Positions 20,049 through 29,730 of a stretch of DNA of 63,402 nt are shown in pieces. The DNA comes from Coriobacteriia bacterium (lineage in GTDB: Bacteria > Actinomycetota > Coriobacteriia > Anaerosomatales > PALSA-660). The first letter of the stretch is position 1, and every line of letters starts with the position of its first letter. Position numbers and translations under genes: made by a program. The DNA is taken from positions 1 through 63,402 of the forward strand of contig JANYKZ010000052.1 of the NCBI GenBank assembly GCA_025361505.1, given 5' to 3'. The notes under the pieces were generated by a model. The model ran no database searches, had not been told where the DNA came from, and saw nothing but the letters and a program-made list of their open reading frames with translations.

Positions 20049-21491
20049 ATGACCCTGACACTCCTGGCCCTCATCCCGCTCGTGGGGGCGCTCGTCACGT
20101 GGCTCGTGGGGCGTTCGCGACCGTCCGCCGCGCGTGTGGTCGCGCTGACCGTGGCGCTGGCGCAGCTCGTCTACACCGGGGCGGTCGCCGGACGCATGCT
20201 CGGTCTGGCGCCCGCGGCGTTGAGCGGCGGTGTGGGAGGTGTCCGCACGAGCTTCTGGCTCCTCCGCATCGACGGGCTGTCGCTGCCCCTGGTGGCCCTC
20301 ACGTCGCTCCTGGGCGTGGTCGCCGTGCTCGCTTCGTGGCGCATCGACAAGCGCCCCGGGGTCCACTTCGCCCTGCTGCTCGCATTGCAGGGCGCGGTGA
20401 CGATAGTGTTCCTTGCGGACAACCTCGTGCTGTTCTACGCGGCGTGGGAGGCCGTGCTCATCCCGATGTTCTTCCTGATCGGGATCTGGGGGCACGAAGG
20501 CCGTCGTCACGCTGCCATGAAGTTCTTCATCTACACCTTCGCCGGGAGCGCCCTGATGCTCGTCGCGCTGCTGATCGTCGGCTTCAGCACGGGCGAATTC
20601 CGGATGTCGGCGCTGGACGCCGGCGTACTCGACCCGTCGCTGCGGGCGCTGGTGTTCTGGCTGCTGGTCGCGGGTTTCGCGGTGAAGATCCCCGTCGTCC
20701 CGTTCCACACGTGGCTTCCCGACGCGCACGTCGAGGCACCCACCGGGGGTTCGATCATGCTGGCGGGCGTGCTGCTCAAGATGGGGGGCTACGGCCTGCT
20801 TCGGCTGGCGCTCCCGCTCACTCCCGAGGTCGCGCGTGCCGCGGCGCCGCTCTTCGCCGTCCTCGGGATCGTCGGGATCGTCTACGGCGCGGTGCTGGCA
20901 TTGGCGCAGACCGACCTGAAGCGGCTCGTGGCGTACTCGTCCGTCGCGCACATGGGGTTCGTCGTGCTGGCGATCGCGACCGGCTCGCCGCTGGCGCTGA
21001 GCGCGGCGATGCTCGTGATGGTCGCGCACGGGCTGACCAGCGCACTGCTGTTCCTGCTCGTGGGGCAGCTCTACGACCGGACGCACACCCGTGCGCTCGC
21101 ACGCCTCGGCGGCATGTTGGCGACGATACCGGTGTGGGGCGCGCTCTTCGTGTTCGCGTCGCTGGCGAGCCTCGGGCTCCCCGGACTCGCCGGCTTCCCC
21201 GGCGAACTGGTGGCCTTCCTCGAAGGCTTCGGCCCCTGGGGCTGGTGGATGGTCGCGGTCGCCGTGGGCGTCGTGCTCGCGGGCGCCTACAGCCTTCGCG
21301 CCGTCCGCGAGGTGGCCCAGGGCCCCGGTCTCGAGGAGTGGAGCGGCATCCGTGACCTGAGGGTGACGGAGATCGCCGCCGCCGCACCCCTCGCGGTGCT
21401 GATCGTCCTCATGGGCGCGTGGCCGGGACTCGTGAGCGGCGTGATGGCTCCGGTGGCCCGCGTCCTGGCCGCGGCGTTGGGGAGGGGATAG
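20049..21491 (+). CDS. nuoM: NADH-quinone oxidoreductase subunit M
   Basis: 480 aa antiporter-like subunit (FYAAWEAVLIPMFFLIGIWG, VPFHTWLPDAHVEAPTGGS, DLKRLVAYSSVAHMG). Confidence 0.9.
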   Translation: MTLTLLALIPLVGALVTWLVGRSRPSAARVVALTVALAQLVYTGAVAGRMLGLAPAALSGGVGGVRTSFWLLRIDGLSLPLVALTSLLGVVAVLASWRIDKRPGVHFALLLALQGAVTIVFLADNLVLFYAAWEAVLIPMFFLIGIWGHEGRRHAAMKFFIYTFAGSALMLVALLIVGFSTGEFRMSALDAGVLDPSLRALVFWLLVAGFAVKIPVVPFHTWLPDAHVEAPTGGSIMLAGVLLKMGGYGLLRLALPLTPEVARAAAPLFAVLGIVGIVYGAVLALAQTDLKRLVAYSSVAHMGFVVLAIATGSPLALSAAMLVMVAHGLTSALLFLLVGQLYDRTHTRALARLGGMLATIPVWGALFVFASLASLGLPGLAGFPGELVAFLEGFGPWGWWMVAVAVGVVLAGAYSLRAVREVAQGPGLEEWSGIRDLRVTEIAAAAPLAVLIVLMGAWPGLVSGVMAPVARVLAAALGRG

Positions 21492-21496
21492 CGCTG

Positions 21497-22912
21497 ATGA
21501 GCTTCCTTCCCTACGCACCGTTCGCGTTCGGGGTGGCCGCCGCCGTCGTGGCGATGGTCTTCGACGCGTGGGGAGACCGCAGGTCCGCGGTGGCCGGTGC
21601 GGTGGCGCTTCTCGCCGCCGGCGCGGCCGCGGCGGCCTGGACCGGCACGGTGTCGGGCCTGCAGGGCGAGGCGGTGCGCAGCGGCGGGTCGATGTCCCTC
21701 GCGCCCGCGGCGTGCCTGGCGCTGGGTGCCCTCGTCGTCGCGGGGTGCGCCCGTTCCCTGTCGACGGACCGCCGGGGATCGCGCATCGTCGCGCTCAGCG
21801 CACTGACCGCCGCGTCGTCCGCGCTCGTGGCCGCCGCCGGCGACGTCGGCGTGCTCTTCCTCGCGGTCGAGATGCTCGCCCTTTGCGGCTACGGGCTGGT
21901 GGCCCTCGGTGGCACCGACCGGGCGCGCGAGGCGGCGATGAAGTGGTTCGTACAGGGATCCGTGGCGACCGTCGTGTTCGTCATCGGGACCGCTGTGCTC
22001 ATGGGGCGCACGGGCGGCTCGCTTCGCTACTCGGCTATCGCCGCGCTCGCGGCGGCCTCGCCCGACGTGCCGGTGGCGGTCGGCTTCGTGCTGCTGATCG
22101 CCGCGCTGGCCTTCAAGCTGGGCGCGTTCCCGATGCACAGCTGGATGCCCGACGCCTACGAGACGGCGGCTCCCGCGGCGGCCGCCGTCATGGCGTCCGC
22201 GGGCAAGGTCGGCCCGCTGGCGGCCGCGGTGTGGCTGGCCGTCGCCGTGACGGGTTCGGCGGGCAGTCGCGTGGTCCGCGTCGTCGCCGCGATCGCGCTC
22301 TGCTCGATCGTCTTCGGGAACCTCGCGGCACTGCGTCAGCGCTCGCTGGCCCGCATGCTGGCGTACTCCGGCATCGCGCAGGTCGGCTACGCGCTCGTCG
22401 GCGTGCCTCTGGGATCCCGGTCCTCGAGCGTCCTCGTCTTCGCCGTCCTCTACGGAGTGACGGCCGCCGCATCCTTCGTCCTCGTCGAGGCGTTGCACCG
22501 CACGGACGCCTCGTGGGACGGCACGATCGGGGGCCTCGCGGGCCTATCGCGCCGCAGCCCGGCGCTCGCCGCGTCGCTCGCCGTGATCATGCTGTCGCTC
22601 ACGGGCATCCCGCTCACCGCCGGCTTCTGGGGCAAGTTCCTCGTGTTCGCGTACGCATCGGTCGGGGGATACCGCTGGCTGGCGATCGTGGCCGTGCTGG
22701 GTTCCGTCGTGTCCTTCGGGTACTACGGGGCGGCGATCCGTGCGGCGTTCATCGACGACGAGGCCACGGGCGAGGCACCTGACGAGCCTGTCACCGACGG
22801 CGTGCGGCTGGTGACGGGAGCGGTCGTGACGCTCTCCGCGGTCATCGTCCTCGCGGGAGTGGTGCCGCTCGCCACGGGGCTGGAGCCGGCGCTGCGGATG
22901 CTGATCCGCTAG
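21497..22912 (+). CDS. nuoN: NADH-quinone oxidoreductase subunit N
   Basis: Within ORF 21419..22912, ATG 21497. 471 aa antiporter-like subunit (FKLGAFPMHSWMPDAYETAAP, LARMLAYSGIAQVGY). Confidence 0.9.
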   Translation: MSFLPYAPFAFGVAAAVVAMVFDAWGDRRSAVAGAVALLAAGAAAAAWTGTVSGLQGEAVRSGGSMSLAPAACLALGALVVAGCARSLSTDRRGSRIVALSALTAASSALVAAAGDVGVLFLAVEMLALCGYGLVALGGTDRAREAAMKWFVQGSVATVVFVIGTAVLMGRTGGSLRYSAIAALAAASPDVPVAVGFVLLIAALAFKLGAFPMHSWMPDAYETAAPAAAAVMASAGKVGPLAAAVWLAVAVTGSAGSRVVRVVAAIALCSIVFGNLAALRQRSLARMLAYSGIAQVGYALVGVPLGSRSSSVLVFAVLYGVTAAASFVLVEALHRTDASWDGTIGGLAGLSRRSPALAASLAVIMLSLTGIPLTAGFWGKFLVFAYASVGGYRWLAIVAVLGSVVSFGYYGAAIRAAFIDDEATGEAPDEPVTDGVRLVTGAVVTLSAVIVLAGVVPLATGLEPALRMLIR

Positions 22913-23071
22913 GCGCGAGGGAGCCGCGCGTCGGTGCATCCCCGAGTGCATCAACGGGATCATCCTTCGTATGTACCGCTTGCGGATTCATCCTGCGGTC
23001 GTCTTGCACGCGGCAAACCACGCTGGTAACATGCTCCACAGGAGCGTTGCCTCGGCAACACCCTTACCCCT

Positions 23072-23108
23072 GAGCCTCAAGGTGCCGGCCTTGAGGCTCG
23101 ATCTTTGT
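23072..23108 (+). terminator. Strong hairpin, probable nuo operon terminator
   Basis: GAGCCTCAAGG-TGCCGG-CCTTGAGGCTC (11-bp perfect stem) followed by GATCTTTGT, 160 nt after the nuoN stop. Confidence 0.55.
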
Positions 23109-23596
23109 CCCGGGTCCTCCGTAGGCCCCAGTGAGAGTTCACTTATTGGGGGCGGAACGGGTCAAGTGAGCCGGACCACGAGCCGATACCATAGCCATGG
23201 ACATCGAGACGGATCACACAAGTTCGAACCCCGTCGAACCGGGTCATGAGTGCCCCGGGATCGACCGTGACAGCGACTCGACGTCCGGCACCCTGCTGTT
23301 CACGAACCGCCACAGGATGATCTGCATGCCCTCCTCGCACGCGATCGCGGAGGCCATCATCCGCCGCACGGTCTCTGAGCTCAGGCACTAGCCGGATCGG
23401 CACGCGCGTCGCGCCCACCGCGCTCCCGCAGCGCGGTCGCTCGAGTCTCCTCTTCGCACCACATCGCGTTTGCCGACAGGGCCGGGACTTCGCGGCCGTG
23501 CTCCCCGCTGTCTCCCATCGTGCATAATCGGGAACGACAATCCCGGACGCTGAGCCCGACCCGGGCGCAGCCCCATGCCGATCAGGGAGCGTTGCC

Positions 23597-23881
23597 ATGC
23601 GCGGGATCCTTCGCCTGTTGCTCACGATCGTGATGGACCTCCTGCTCGTCGCGGCCGCGCTCGTATTCGCGCGCATCGTCATCGCGTTCTTCGGGCACGT
23701 GTCGTCGGCGGCGTGGGCGAAGCAGTTCATGGACTACACGAAGCTGCTCGTCCACTCGTTCGGGCTCGGACACATGAAGACGCCGTATGGCGGGGTGTTC
23801 GACTACAACGCGGGAGCGGTCCTCGGTGTGGTGCTGGTCGCCGAGTGGGCCGTGGCGTTCGCGCGCAGATTCGTCCGATGA
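23597..23881 (+). CDS. Small membrane protein, unknown function, translationally coupled to deoB
   Basis: 94-aa ORF with GGGAG RBS. Two hydrophobic helices (ILRLLLTIVMDLLLVAAALVFARIVIAFF; AVLGVVLVAEWAVAFA). Its stop overlaps the deoB ATG (ATGA). Confidence 0.5.
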   Translation: MRGILRLLLTIVMDLLLVAAALVFARIVIAFFGHVSSAAWAKQFMDYTKLLVHSFGLGHMKTPYGGVFDYNAGAVLGVVLVAEWAVAFARRFVR

Positions 23882-25095
23882 CCGGGAACGGAGCTTCGCA
23901 CATGACCCGAGCGCCACGCGCGATCGTCCTCGTGCTCGACTCCGTGGGCGTCGGCGCGCTGCCCGACGCCGCCGACTACGGCGACGAGGGCTCCAACACG
24001 CTGGGCAACACCGCCCGGGCCCACGGCGGTCTGAGCATGCCGAACCTCGCGTCAATGGGTCTCGGCAACATCACCGACATCGTGGGCGTCGCGCCGACGG
24101 TCACGCCCTCCGCCTCGTGGGGCCGCAACCTGGAGGCGTCTGCCGGCAAGGACACGACCACCGGCCACTGGGAGATGATGGGGATGCGGCTCACGCACGC
24201 GTTCCCGACCTACCCCGGTGGCTTCCCGCCCGAGGTCATGGACGCGTGGACGCGCGAGACGGGCCTCGGCTGGCTGGGCAACTACCCGGCATCGGGCACC
24301 GTGATCATCCAAGAGCTGGGCGACGAGCACGTGGCCAGCGGGAAGCCGATCGTCTACACGAGCGCGGACTCGGTCTTCCAGATCGCCGCGCACGAGGACG
24401 TCATCCCGATAGAGGAGCTCTACCGCCTGTGCCTGATCGCGCGGACGAAGGTGTGCGTCGGCGAGCACGCTGTCGGGCGCATCATCGCGCGGCCGTTCAT
24501 CGGTCCCGACGCCGGAGGCATCTACCGGCGTACCCACCGCAGGCGCGACTTCGCGCTCGAACCGACCGAGCCCACCGCCCTCGACATCCTCGAGAAGGCC
24601 GGCACGCCGTGCTACGGCATCGGGAAGATCGGCGAGATCTTCGCGTGGCGCGGCATCTGCGAGTCTCCGCACTCCACCGACAACATGAACGGCTTCGACC
24701 ACCTGCTGGAACGCGTGGCGCGCGACGAGCCCGGCTTCGTGTTCGCCAACCTCGTGGACTTCGACATGATCTGGGGGCACCGCAACGACGTCGAGGGCTA
24801 CGCCGTGGGCCTGGAAGAGGTCGACGCGCGCATTGCCGAGCTGCTGGACGCCATGGTCGACGGCGACCTGCTGATCATCACGGCCGACCACGGCTGCGAC
24901 CCGACAACGCCGTCCACGGACCACTCCCGCGAGTACACGCCGCTCATCGCCAAGGTGAAGGGCGTCGATCGGGGCGCACACCTCGGCGACCGCGCGACCT
25001 TCGGGGACATCGGCGAGACGGTGCTCGACTTCTACGGGCTTGCAGGGACCTGCGGGCGCGGAACATCGTTCCTGGCGGAGGTCCGCAATGCCTGA
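23878..25095 (+). CDS. deoB: Phosphopentomutase
   Basis: Within ORF 23575..25095. VLDSVGVGALPDAADYGDEGSNTLGN, GKDTTTGHWEMMG, ADHGCDPT and a DFD motif are typical DeoB motifs. Confidence 0.9.
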   Translation: MTGNGASHMTRAPRAIVLVLDSVGVGALPDAADYGDEGSNTLGNTARAHGGLSMPNLASMGLGNITDIVGVAPTVTPSASWGRNLEASAGKDTTTGHWEMMGMRLTHAFPTYPGGFPPEVMDAWTRETGLGWLGNYPASGTVIIQELGDEHVASGKPIVYTSADSVFQIAAHEDVIPIEELYRLCLIARTKVCVGEHAVGRIIARPFIGPDAGGIYRRTHRRRDFALEPTEPTALDILEKAGTPCYGIGKIGEIFAWRGICESPHSTDNMNGFDHLLERVARDEPGFVFANLVDFDMIWGHRNDVEGYAVGLEEVDARIAELLDAMVDGDLLIITADHGCDPTTPSTDHSREYTPLIAKVKGVDRGAHLGDRATFGDIGETVLDFYGLAGTCGRGTSFLAEVRNA

Positions 25096-26395
25096 GCGCA
25101 CCATCGAGGAGCTCATCGAGGTCAAGCGCGACGGCCGGCGCCACACGCGCGAGGAGGTCGTCCAGCTGGTGACCTCCTACGTCGCGCACGCGATGCCCGA
25201 CTACCAGATGGCCGCGTGGATGATGGCCGCGCTCTTGCGCGGACTCGATCACGATGAGACGGTCTGGCTCACCGACGCCATGGCGCACTCCGGGAAGGTC
25301 ATGGACCTTTCGAGCATCCCGGGGCTGAAGGTCGACAAGCACTCGACCGGCGGCGTGGGGGACAAGACGACCCTCGTGCTCGCGCCGATGGTCGCGGCCT
25401 GCGGAGCGCCGGTGGCGAAGATGTCGGGACGCGGCCTCGGCCACACGGGCGGCACGCTCGACAAGCTGGAGTCGATACCCGGGTTCCGCACGAGCCTGAC
25501 CAGCGAGGAGTTCGTCGCGCAGGTGCGGCGGATCGGCGTCGCCGTCATCGCGCAGTCGCCCGACATCGACCCCGCCGACAAGCAGATGTACGCGCTGCGC
25601 GACGTCACGGGCACGGTGCCCTCGGTGCCGCTCATCGTCGGCTCGATCATCTCGAAGAAGGTCGCGGGCGGCGCGCACGGCGTCGTCCTGGACGTCAAGG
25701 TAGGCTCCGGCGCCTTCATGAAGGACGTGGAGCACGCGCGGGTGCTGGCTCAGGAGCTGAAGCGGACCGGGGAGGCGCTGGGGCTCAGTGTCGAGGTCCT
25801 GCTCACCGACATGGACCAGCCGCTCGGTTGCGCGGTAGGCAACGCGTTGGAGGTCGCCGAGGCGATCGCCACGCTGCGCGACGACGGTCCGGAGGACCTC
25901 TTCCAGGAGTGCCTGGCGCTCGGCTCGCGCATGCTCGTGCTGTCCGGAGTCGCGCGCGACCTCGACGACGGCCGGTCGCGCCTGGTGGGCGCTGTCGAGA
26001 GCGGCGCCGCGCTCGAGAAGTTCCGGCGCTGGGTCGAGGCGCAGGGCGGCGACCCCCGCGTCGCGGACGACCCGTCGCTGCTGCCGCACGCCGCGTTCAC
26101 GCGGGAGGTGCTCGCCCACGAGGCGGGCTGGGTCAGCCACTACGACGCCGAGTGCGTCGGCCGCGCGGCGATGGCGATGGGCGCCGGCCGCGCGCACCTC
26201 GACGACGACGTCGACCCCGCCGCCGGGCTGGTGCTGCACGCGAAGGTCGGCGATCGCGTGGAGGCGGGGGCGTCGCTGGCGACGCTCCACTCGTCGCGCG
26301 AGGAGCTGCTGGACGCGGGCGAGGAGCGGTTCCGCAACGCGCTGTGCATGTCGGAGAAGGCCGTGGGGCAGCGGGACCTCGTCATCGAGCAGTAG
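25088..26395 (+). CDS. pdp: Pyrimidine-nucleoside (thymidine) phosphorylase
   Basis: Within ORF 25040..26395, ATG 25088 overlapping the deoB end. IEVKRDG, VDKHSTGGVGDKTTL, KMSGRGLGHTGGTLDKLESIPG. Confidence 0.9.
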   Translation: MPERTIEELIEVKRDGRRHTREEVVQLVTSYVAHAMPDYQMAAWMMAALLRGLDHDETVWLTDAMAHSGKVMDLSSIPGLKVDKHSTGGVGDKTTLVLAPMVAACGAPVAKMSGRGLGHTGGTLDKLESIPGFRTSLTSEEFVAQVRRIGVAVIAQSPDIDPADKQMYALRDVTGTVPSVPLIVGSIISKKVAGGAHGVVLDVKVGSGAFMKDVEHARVLAQELKRTGEALGLSVEVLLTDMDQPLGCAVGNALEVAEAIATLRDDGPEDLFQECLALGSRMLVLSGVARDLDDGRSRLVGAVESGAALEKFRRWVEAQGGDPRVADDPSLLPHAAFTREVLAHEAGWVSHYDAECVGRAAMAMGAGRAHLDDDVDPAAGLVLHAKVGDRVEAGASLATLHSSREELLDAGEERFRNALCMSEKAVGQRDLVIEQ

Positions 26396-26411
26396 GAGCG
26401 GGGGAGGCGCG

Positions 26412-29054
26412 GTGGCCGCGCGTGACGGCATGACGATCGTCGCGGGGCACGTGAACCCGGACTTCGACGCGTACGGATCGATGGTCGCCGCCACCAAGCT
26501 CTATCCCGGCGCGCGGGCCGTCTGGGCCGGCACTCAGAACGCCAACGTACGCGAGTTCCATGCGCTGCACGGCGAGTTCCTCGCGTTCACCGACCTCAAG
26601 GGCTTCGACCGGAGGCCGGTGACGCGCCTGGTGATGGTCGACACGCGTGAGGCGGCGCGCCTCGGCGAACTCGCCCCGCTGGCCGACGACGAGCGCGTCG
26701 AGCTGGTCATCTACGACCATCACCCGCGAACGGAACTCGACGTCGCGCGAGGCGACGACCGCAGCCGCCCCGTGGGCGCTACCACGTCGATCCTCGTGCA
26801 CGAGGTACGCGAGCACGAACTCGCGCTCACCCCGCTGGATGCCTCCGCGATGTTGCTCGGTATCCACGAGGACACCGGTTCGCTGACCTACCCGGGAGCG
26901 ACCGCGTACGACGCCGACGCGATCGCCTTCCTCATGGCGCAGGGCGCCGACCTCGAGGTGGTCGAGCGCTTCCTGAACCGTTCGCTCACCGTCGAGCAGC
27001 GAGCACTGCTCGAGGAGCTCACCGCCTCCGTCGAGGTATGGCAGGTCCACGGTCGGCCGATCGCGGTCGCGGTGGCCTCCGCGCCCGGCTACGTCGACAG
27101 CGCGGGTCTGGTCACCCACCACCTCGTCGAGGACCTGGGTCACCGCGTCGCCGTTGCCGTCGTGTCGATGCCGGAGCGGGTGCAGCTCGTGGGACGCAGC
27201 CGATTGCGCGACATCGACATCGCGGCCGTGCTCTCCCATCTCGGCGGCGGGGGACACCCGCAGGCGGCGTCCGCGGCGCTGCGGGGGGCCGAGGTCGGGC
27301 AGGTGCTCGCCGACCTGCGCGACGCCCTCGAGCTCGAGGTGCCCGCGCAGCTGACCGCGGGCGACATCGCGACGACGCCCGTTCGCACGATCACGGAGGC
27401 CGACACGATGGACGAGGCATCCGAGGTCATGGGGAGATGGGGTCACGGGCTGCTGCCCGTGATGGCGCAGGGCCGGATGCGGGGCTACGTGACGAGGCGC
27501 GACGTCGACAAGGCGGTCCGGCACGGCCTCGGCCACGCGCCGGTGACCGGATTCATGACGCGCTCGCCCGTGACGGTCGCCCCAGACGCCGATCTCGACA
27601 CGCTCGAGCATCTGATGAGCGCGGACGCCGTACCGGCGGTGTTCGTGGCGAGCGGCGGGATCCTGTGGGGACTGGTCACGCACGCCGACCTGCTGCGCGC
27701 CGAGCACGGATCCTCCTACCTGGCCACCCGCGCTGCGCCCGCCCGGCAGGAAGCGGCCGAGCGGTTCCGCGAGTCCTTCGACACGCTCCTCCCGCCCGAG
27801 GTGCGGGACACGGTCCGCGAGATCGGTGCCGTCGCGCAGGAGGAGGGCGTGCGCGCCTTCGTCGTCGGCGGGTTCGTGCGCGACATGCTGCTGAGGCGCC
27901 GCAACCTCGACGTCGACATCGTGGTCGAGGGGGACGGCATCGCCTTCGCGCAGCGCGTGGCGCAGCGCCTGGGCGGGCACGTGCGGGCCCACGCGCGCTT
28001 CGGCACGGCCGTCGTCGTGCTGGAGCGGGGGCTGCACGTCGACGTGACCACGGCGCGCACCGAGTACTACACGCGACCCGGAGCGCTGCCGACCGTGGAG
28101 CGCTCGAGCCTGCGCCGCGACCTCCTGCGCCGCGACTTCTCGATCAACGCGATGGCGGCGGAGATCGACCCCTCGGAGTTCGGCTCGATCGCCGACCCGT
28201 TCGGCGGGCTCGCCGACCTGCGCGACGGCGTCGTGCGCGTGCTGCACCCGCTGTCGTTCATCGAGGATCCGACGCGCGTGATGCGCGCCGCGCGTTTCGA
28301 GGGGCGGTTCGCCTTCTCAATGGACGAAGGCACCGAGGGCCTGGCGCGGCGGGCCGTCGCGATGGGACTGCTACAGGAGATCTCCGGGGCGCGGCTTCGG
28401 GAAGAGCTGCTGGCGATCCTGGAGGAGGACGACCCGGCACCGCCGCTGGAGCGCCTCGAGGCGCTCGGGGCCCTTCGCGCGGTGCTGCCGACCGGTGTGG
28501 CGCCCCACGAGGCCGTGGCGGACGTACGCGCGGTGTTGGAGTCGCTCGAGGAGATGCCGCGGCGGGCGGGACGACCGCCGCGGCGGGTCACGTCGCTGCT
28601 CGTCGCGCTGGCCGGCCGCGGCGCTCCCGCGAGCGTCGAGCGCTGGGTCGAGCGCCTGCGGGTGGGCCACGACGCGGGGACGTCCGCGCAGCAGGCCGCC
28701 AGCCGCGTCCCCGCGCTGACGCGGGCGCTCGACCGCGTCGCACCTCTGCGCGATTCGCGCCTGCACGCGCTGCTCGACCCGCTCGCTACCGAGACGCTGG
28801 TGGACCTGCGTGCGGTCGGCTCCGCGCGGGTGCGGGAGCGGGTGGACCGCTTCGCGGGGACGCTATCGCACGTTCGGCTCGAGGTGTCGGGCGACGACCT
28901 GATCGCGATGGGTGCGGAGCCGTCTGCGGCCTTCTCCGATATACTGTCCCGCATCCGGGCCCGCCGTCTCGACGGCGCGGTCGCCGGCCGCAAGGCCGAG
29001 CTCGACGAACTCCGCAGGCTGGCGCTACGCGCCGGACTGGTACCGCGCCACTAG
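26412..29054 (+). CDS. Multidomain DHH/DHHA1 phosphoesterase - CBS pair - class II nucleotidyltransferase (CCA-adding/poly(A) polymerase family)
   Basis: 880 aa with GTG after GGGGGAGG. DHH motifs (GHVNPDFDAYGS, DTRE, IYDHH, GIHEDTGSLTY), DHHA1 motif GGGGHPQAASA, two CBS-like repeats, then GGFVRDMLLRRRNLDVDIVVEG ... RRDFSINAMA (PolyA_pol head). Confidence 0.8.
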   Translation: MAARDGMTIVAGHVNPDFDAYGSMVAATKLYPGARAVWAGTQNANVREFHALHGEFLAFTDLKGFDRRPVTRLVMVDTREAARLGELAPLADDERVELVIYDHHPRTELDVARGDDRSRPVGATTSILVHEVREHELALTPLDASAMLLGIHEDTGSLTYPGATAYDADAIAFLMAQGADLEVVERFLNRSLTVEQRALLEELTASVEVWQVHGRPIAVAVASAPGYVDSAGLVTHHLVEDLGHRVAVAVVSMPERVQLVGRSRLRDIDIAAVLSHLGGGGHPQAASAALRGAEVGQVLADLRDALELEVPAQLTAGDIATTPVRTITEADTMDEASEVMGRWGHGLLPVMAQGRMRGYVTRRDVDKAVRHGLGHAPVTGFMTRSPVTVAPDADLDTLEHLMSADAVPAVFVASGGILWGLVTHADLLRAEHGSSYLATRAAPARQEAAERFRESFDTLLPPEVRDTVREIGAVAQEEGVRAFVVGGFVRDMLLRRRNLDVDIVVEGDGIAFAQRVAQRLGGHVRAHARFGTAVVVLERGLHVDVTTARTEYYTRPGALPTVERSSLRRDLLRRDFSINAMAAEIDPSEFGSIADPFGGLADLRDGVVRVLHPLSFIEDPTRVMRAARFEGRFAFSMDEGTEGLARRAVAMGLLQEISGARLREELLAILEEDDPAPPLERLEALGALRAVLPTGVAPHEAVADVRAVLESLEEMPRRAGRPPRRVTSLLVALAGRGAPASVERWVERLRVGHDAGTSAQQAASRVPALTRALDRVAPLRDSRLHALLDPLATETLVDLRAVGSARVRERVDRFAGTLSHVRLEVSGDDLIAMGAEPSAAFSDILSRIRARRLDGAVAGRKAELDELRRLALRAGLVPRH

Positions 29055-29070
29055 ACGAGGAAGTCACCGC

Positions 29071-29730
29071 ATGCAGTCAAGCCCGCTGTACGTCGTCCTG
29101 GAGATCCTGCTCTTCGTCCCGGCGATCATCCTGCACGAGGTGTCGCACGGCTACGTCGCCTATCTTCTGGGGGACCCCACGGCCCACGACCGGGGGCGGC
29201 TGACGCTGAACCCGATCGCGCACGTCGACCTGTGGGGCACGATCCTCATGCCGGCCGTCCTGCTGCTTGCCTCGGGCGGCCGGTTCGCCTTCGGCTACGC
29301 CAAGCCCGTGCCGATCGACCCTCGGCGCATGACCCGCACCACTTACCAGATGGGCATGCTGCTCACGGGCGCGGCGGGCCCCGTCACGAACATCGTGCTG
29401 GCGATCTGCTCCGGGATCGCCTTCCGCATCGGCGTGCTGTTCCACGCTCCCGACATCGCGCTCTTCATCTTCGAGTTCTTCGCGCTGATCAACCTGGTGC
29501 TGGCGTTCTTCAACCTGATCCCGATCCCGCCGCTCGACGGCAGCCGGGTCGTCCAGTACTTCCTGAAAGGTGAGGCGCTGCGCGCCTACAGCCAGCTCGA
29601 GCGCTACGGCTTCGTGATCGTCCTGGCGCTGGTGTTCGTGCTGCCACAGCTCTTCCCGAGCATCAATCCCATCGGCTGGTACTTCGACCATACGGTCTAC
29701 CCGGTGCTGAGCCTGCTGCTCGGGGTGTAG
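29071..29730 (+). CDS. Site-2 protease family (M50) membrane zinc metalloprotease
   Basis: Within ORF 28912..29730, ATG 29071. HEVSHG (HExxH) lies in TM1 and NLIPIPPLDGS is the second M50 motif. Confidence 0.85.
   Translation: MQSSPLYVVLEILLFVPAIILHEVSHGYVAYLLGDPTAHDRGRLTLNPIAHVDLWGTILMPAVLLLASGGRFAFGYAKPVPIDPRRMTRTTYQMGMLLTGAAGPVTNIVLAICSGIAFRIGVLFHAPDIALFIFEFFALINLVLAFFNLIPIPPLDGSRVVQYFLKGEALRAYSQLERYGFVIVLALVFVLPQLFPSINPIGWYFDHTVYPVLSLLLGV

Noticed and set aside
23197-23391. 64-aa ORF in the nuoN-deoB spacer as a small protein gene.
   Set aside because: It has no RBS and no recognisable motif, and its start context is poor. It is kept only as part of the unassigned-spacer finding.
23041-23596. 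11-nt repeat GGAGCGTTGCC at 23041-23051 and 23586-23596.
   Set aside because: Exact 11-mers are expected to recur by chance many times in 63 kb. The second copy is simply the RBS context of the 23597 gene.
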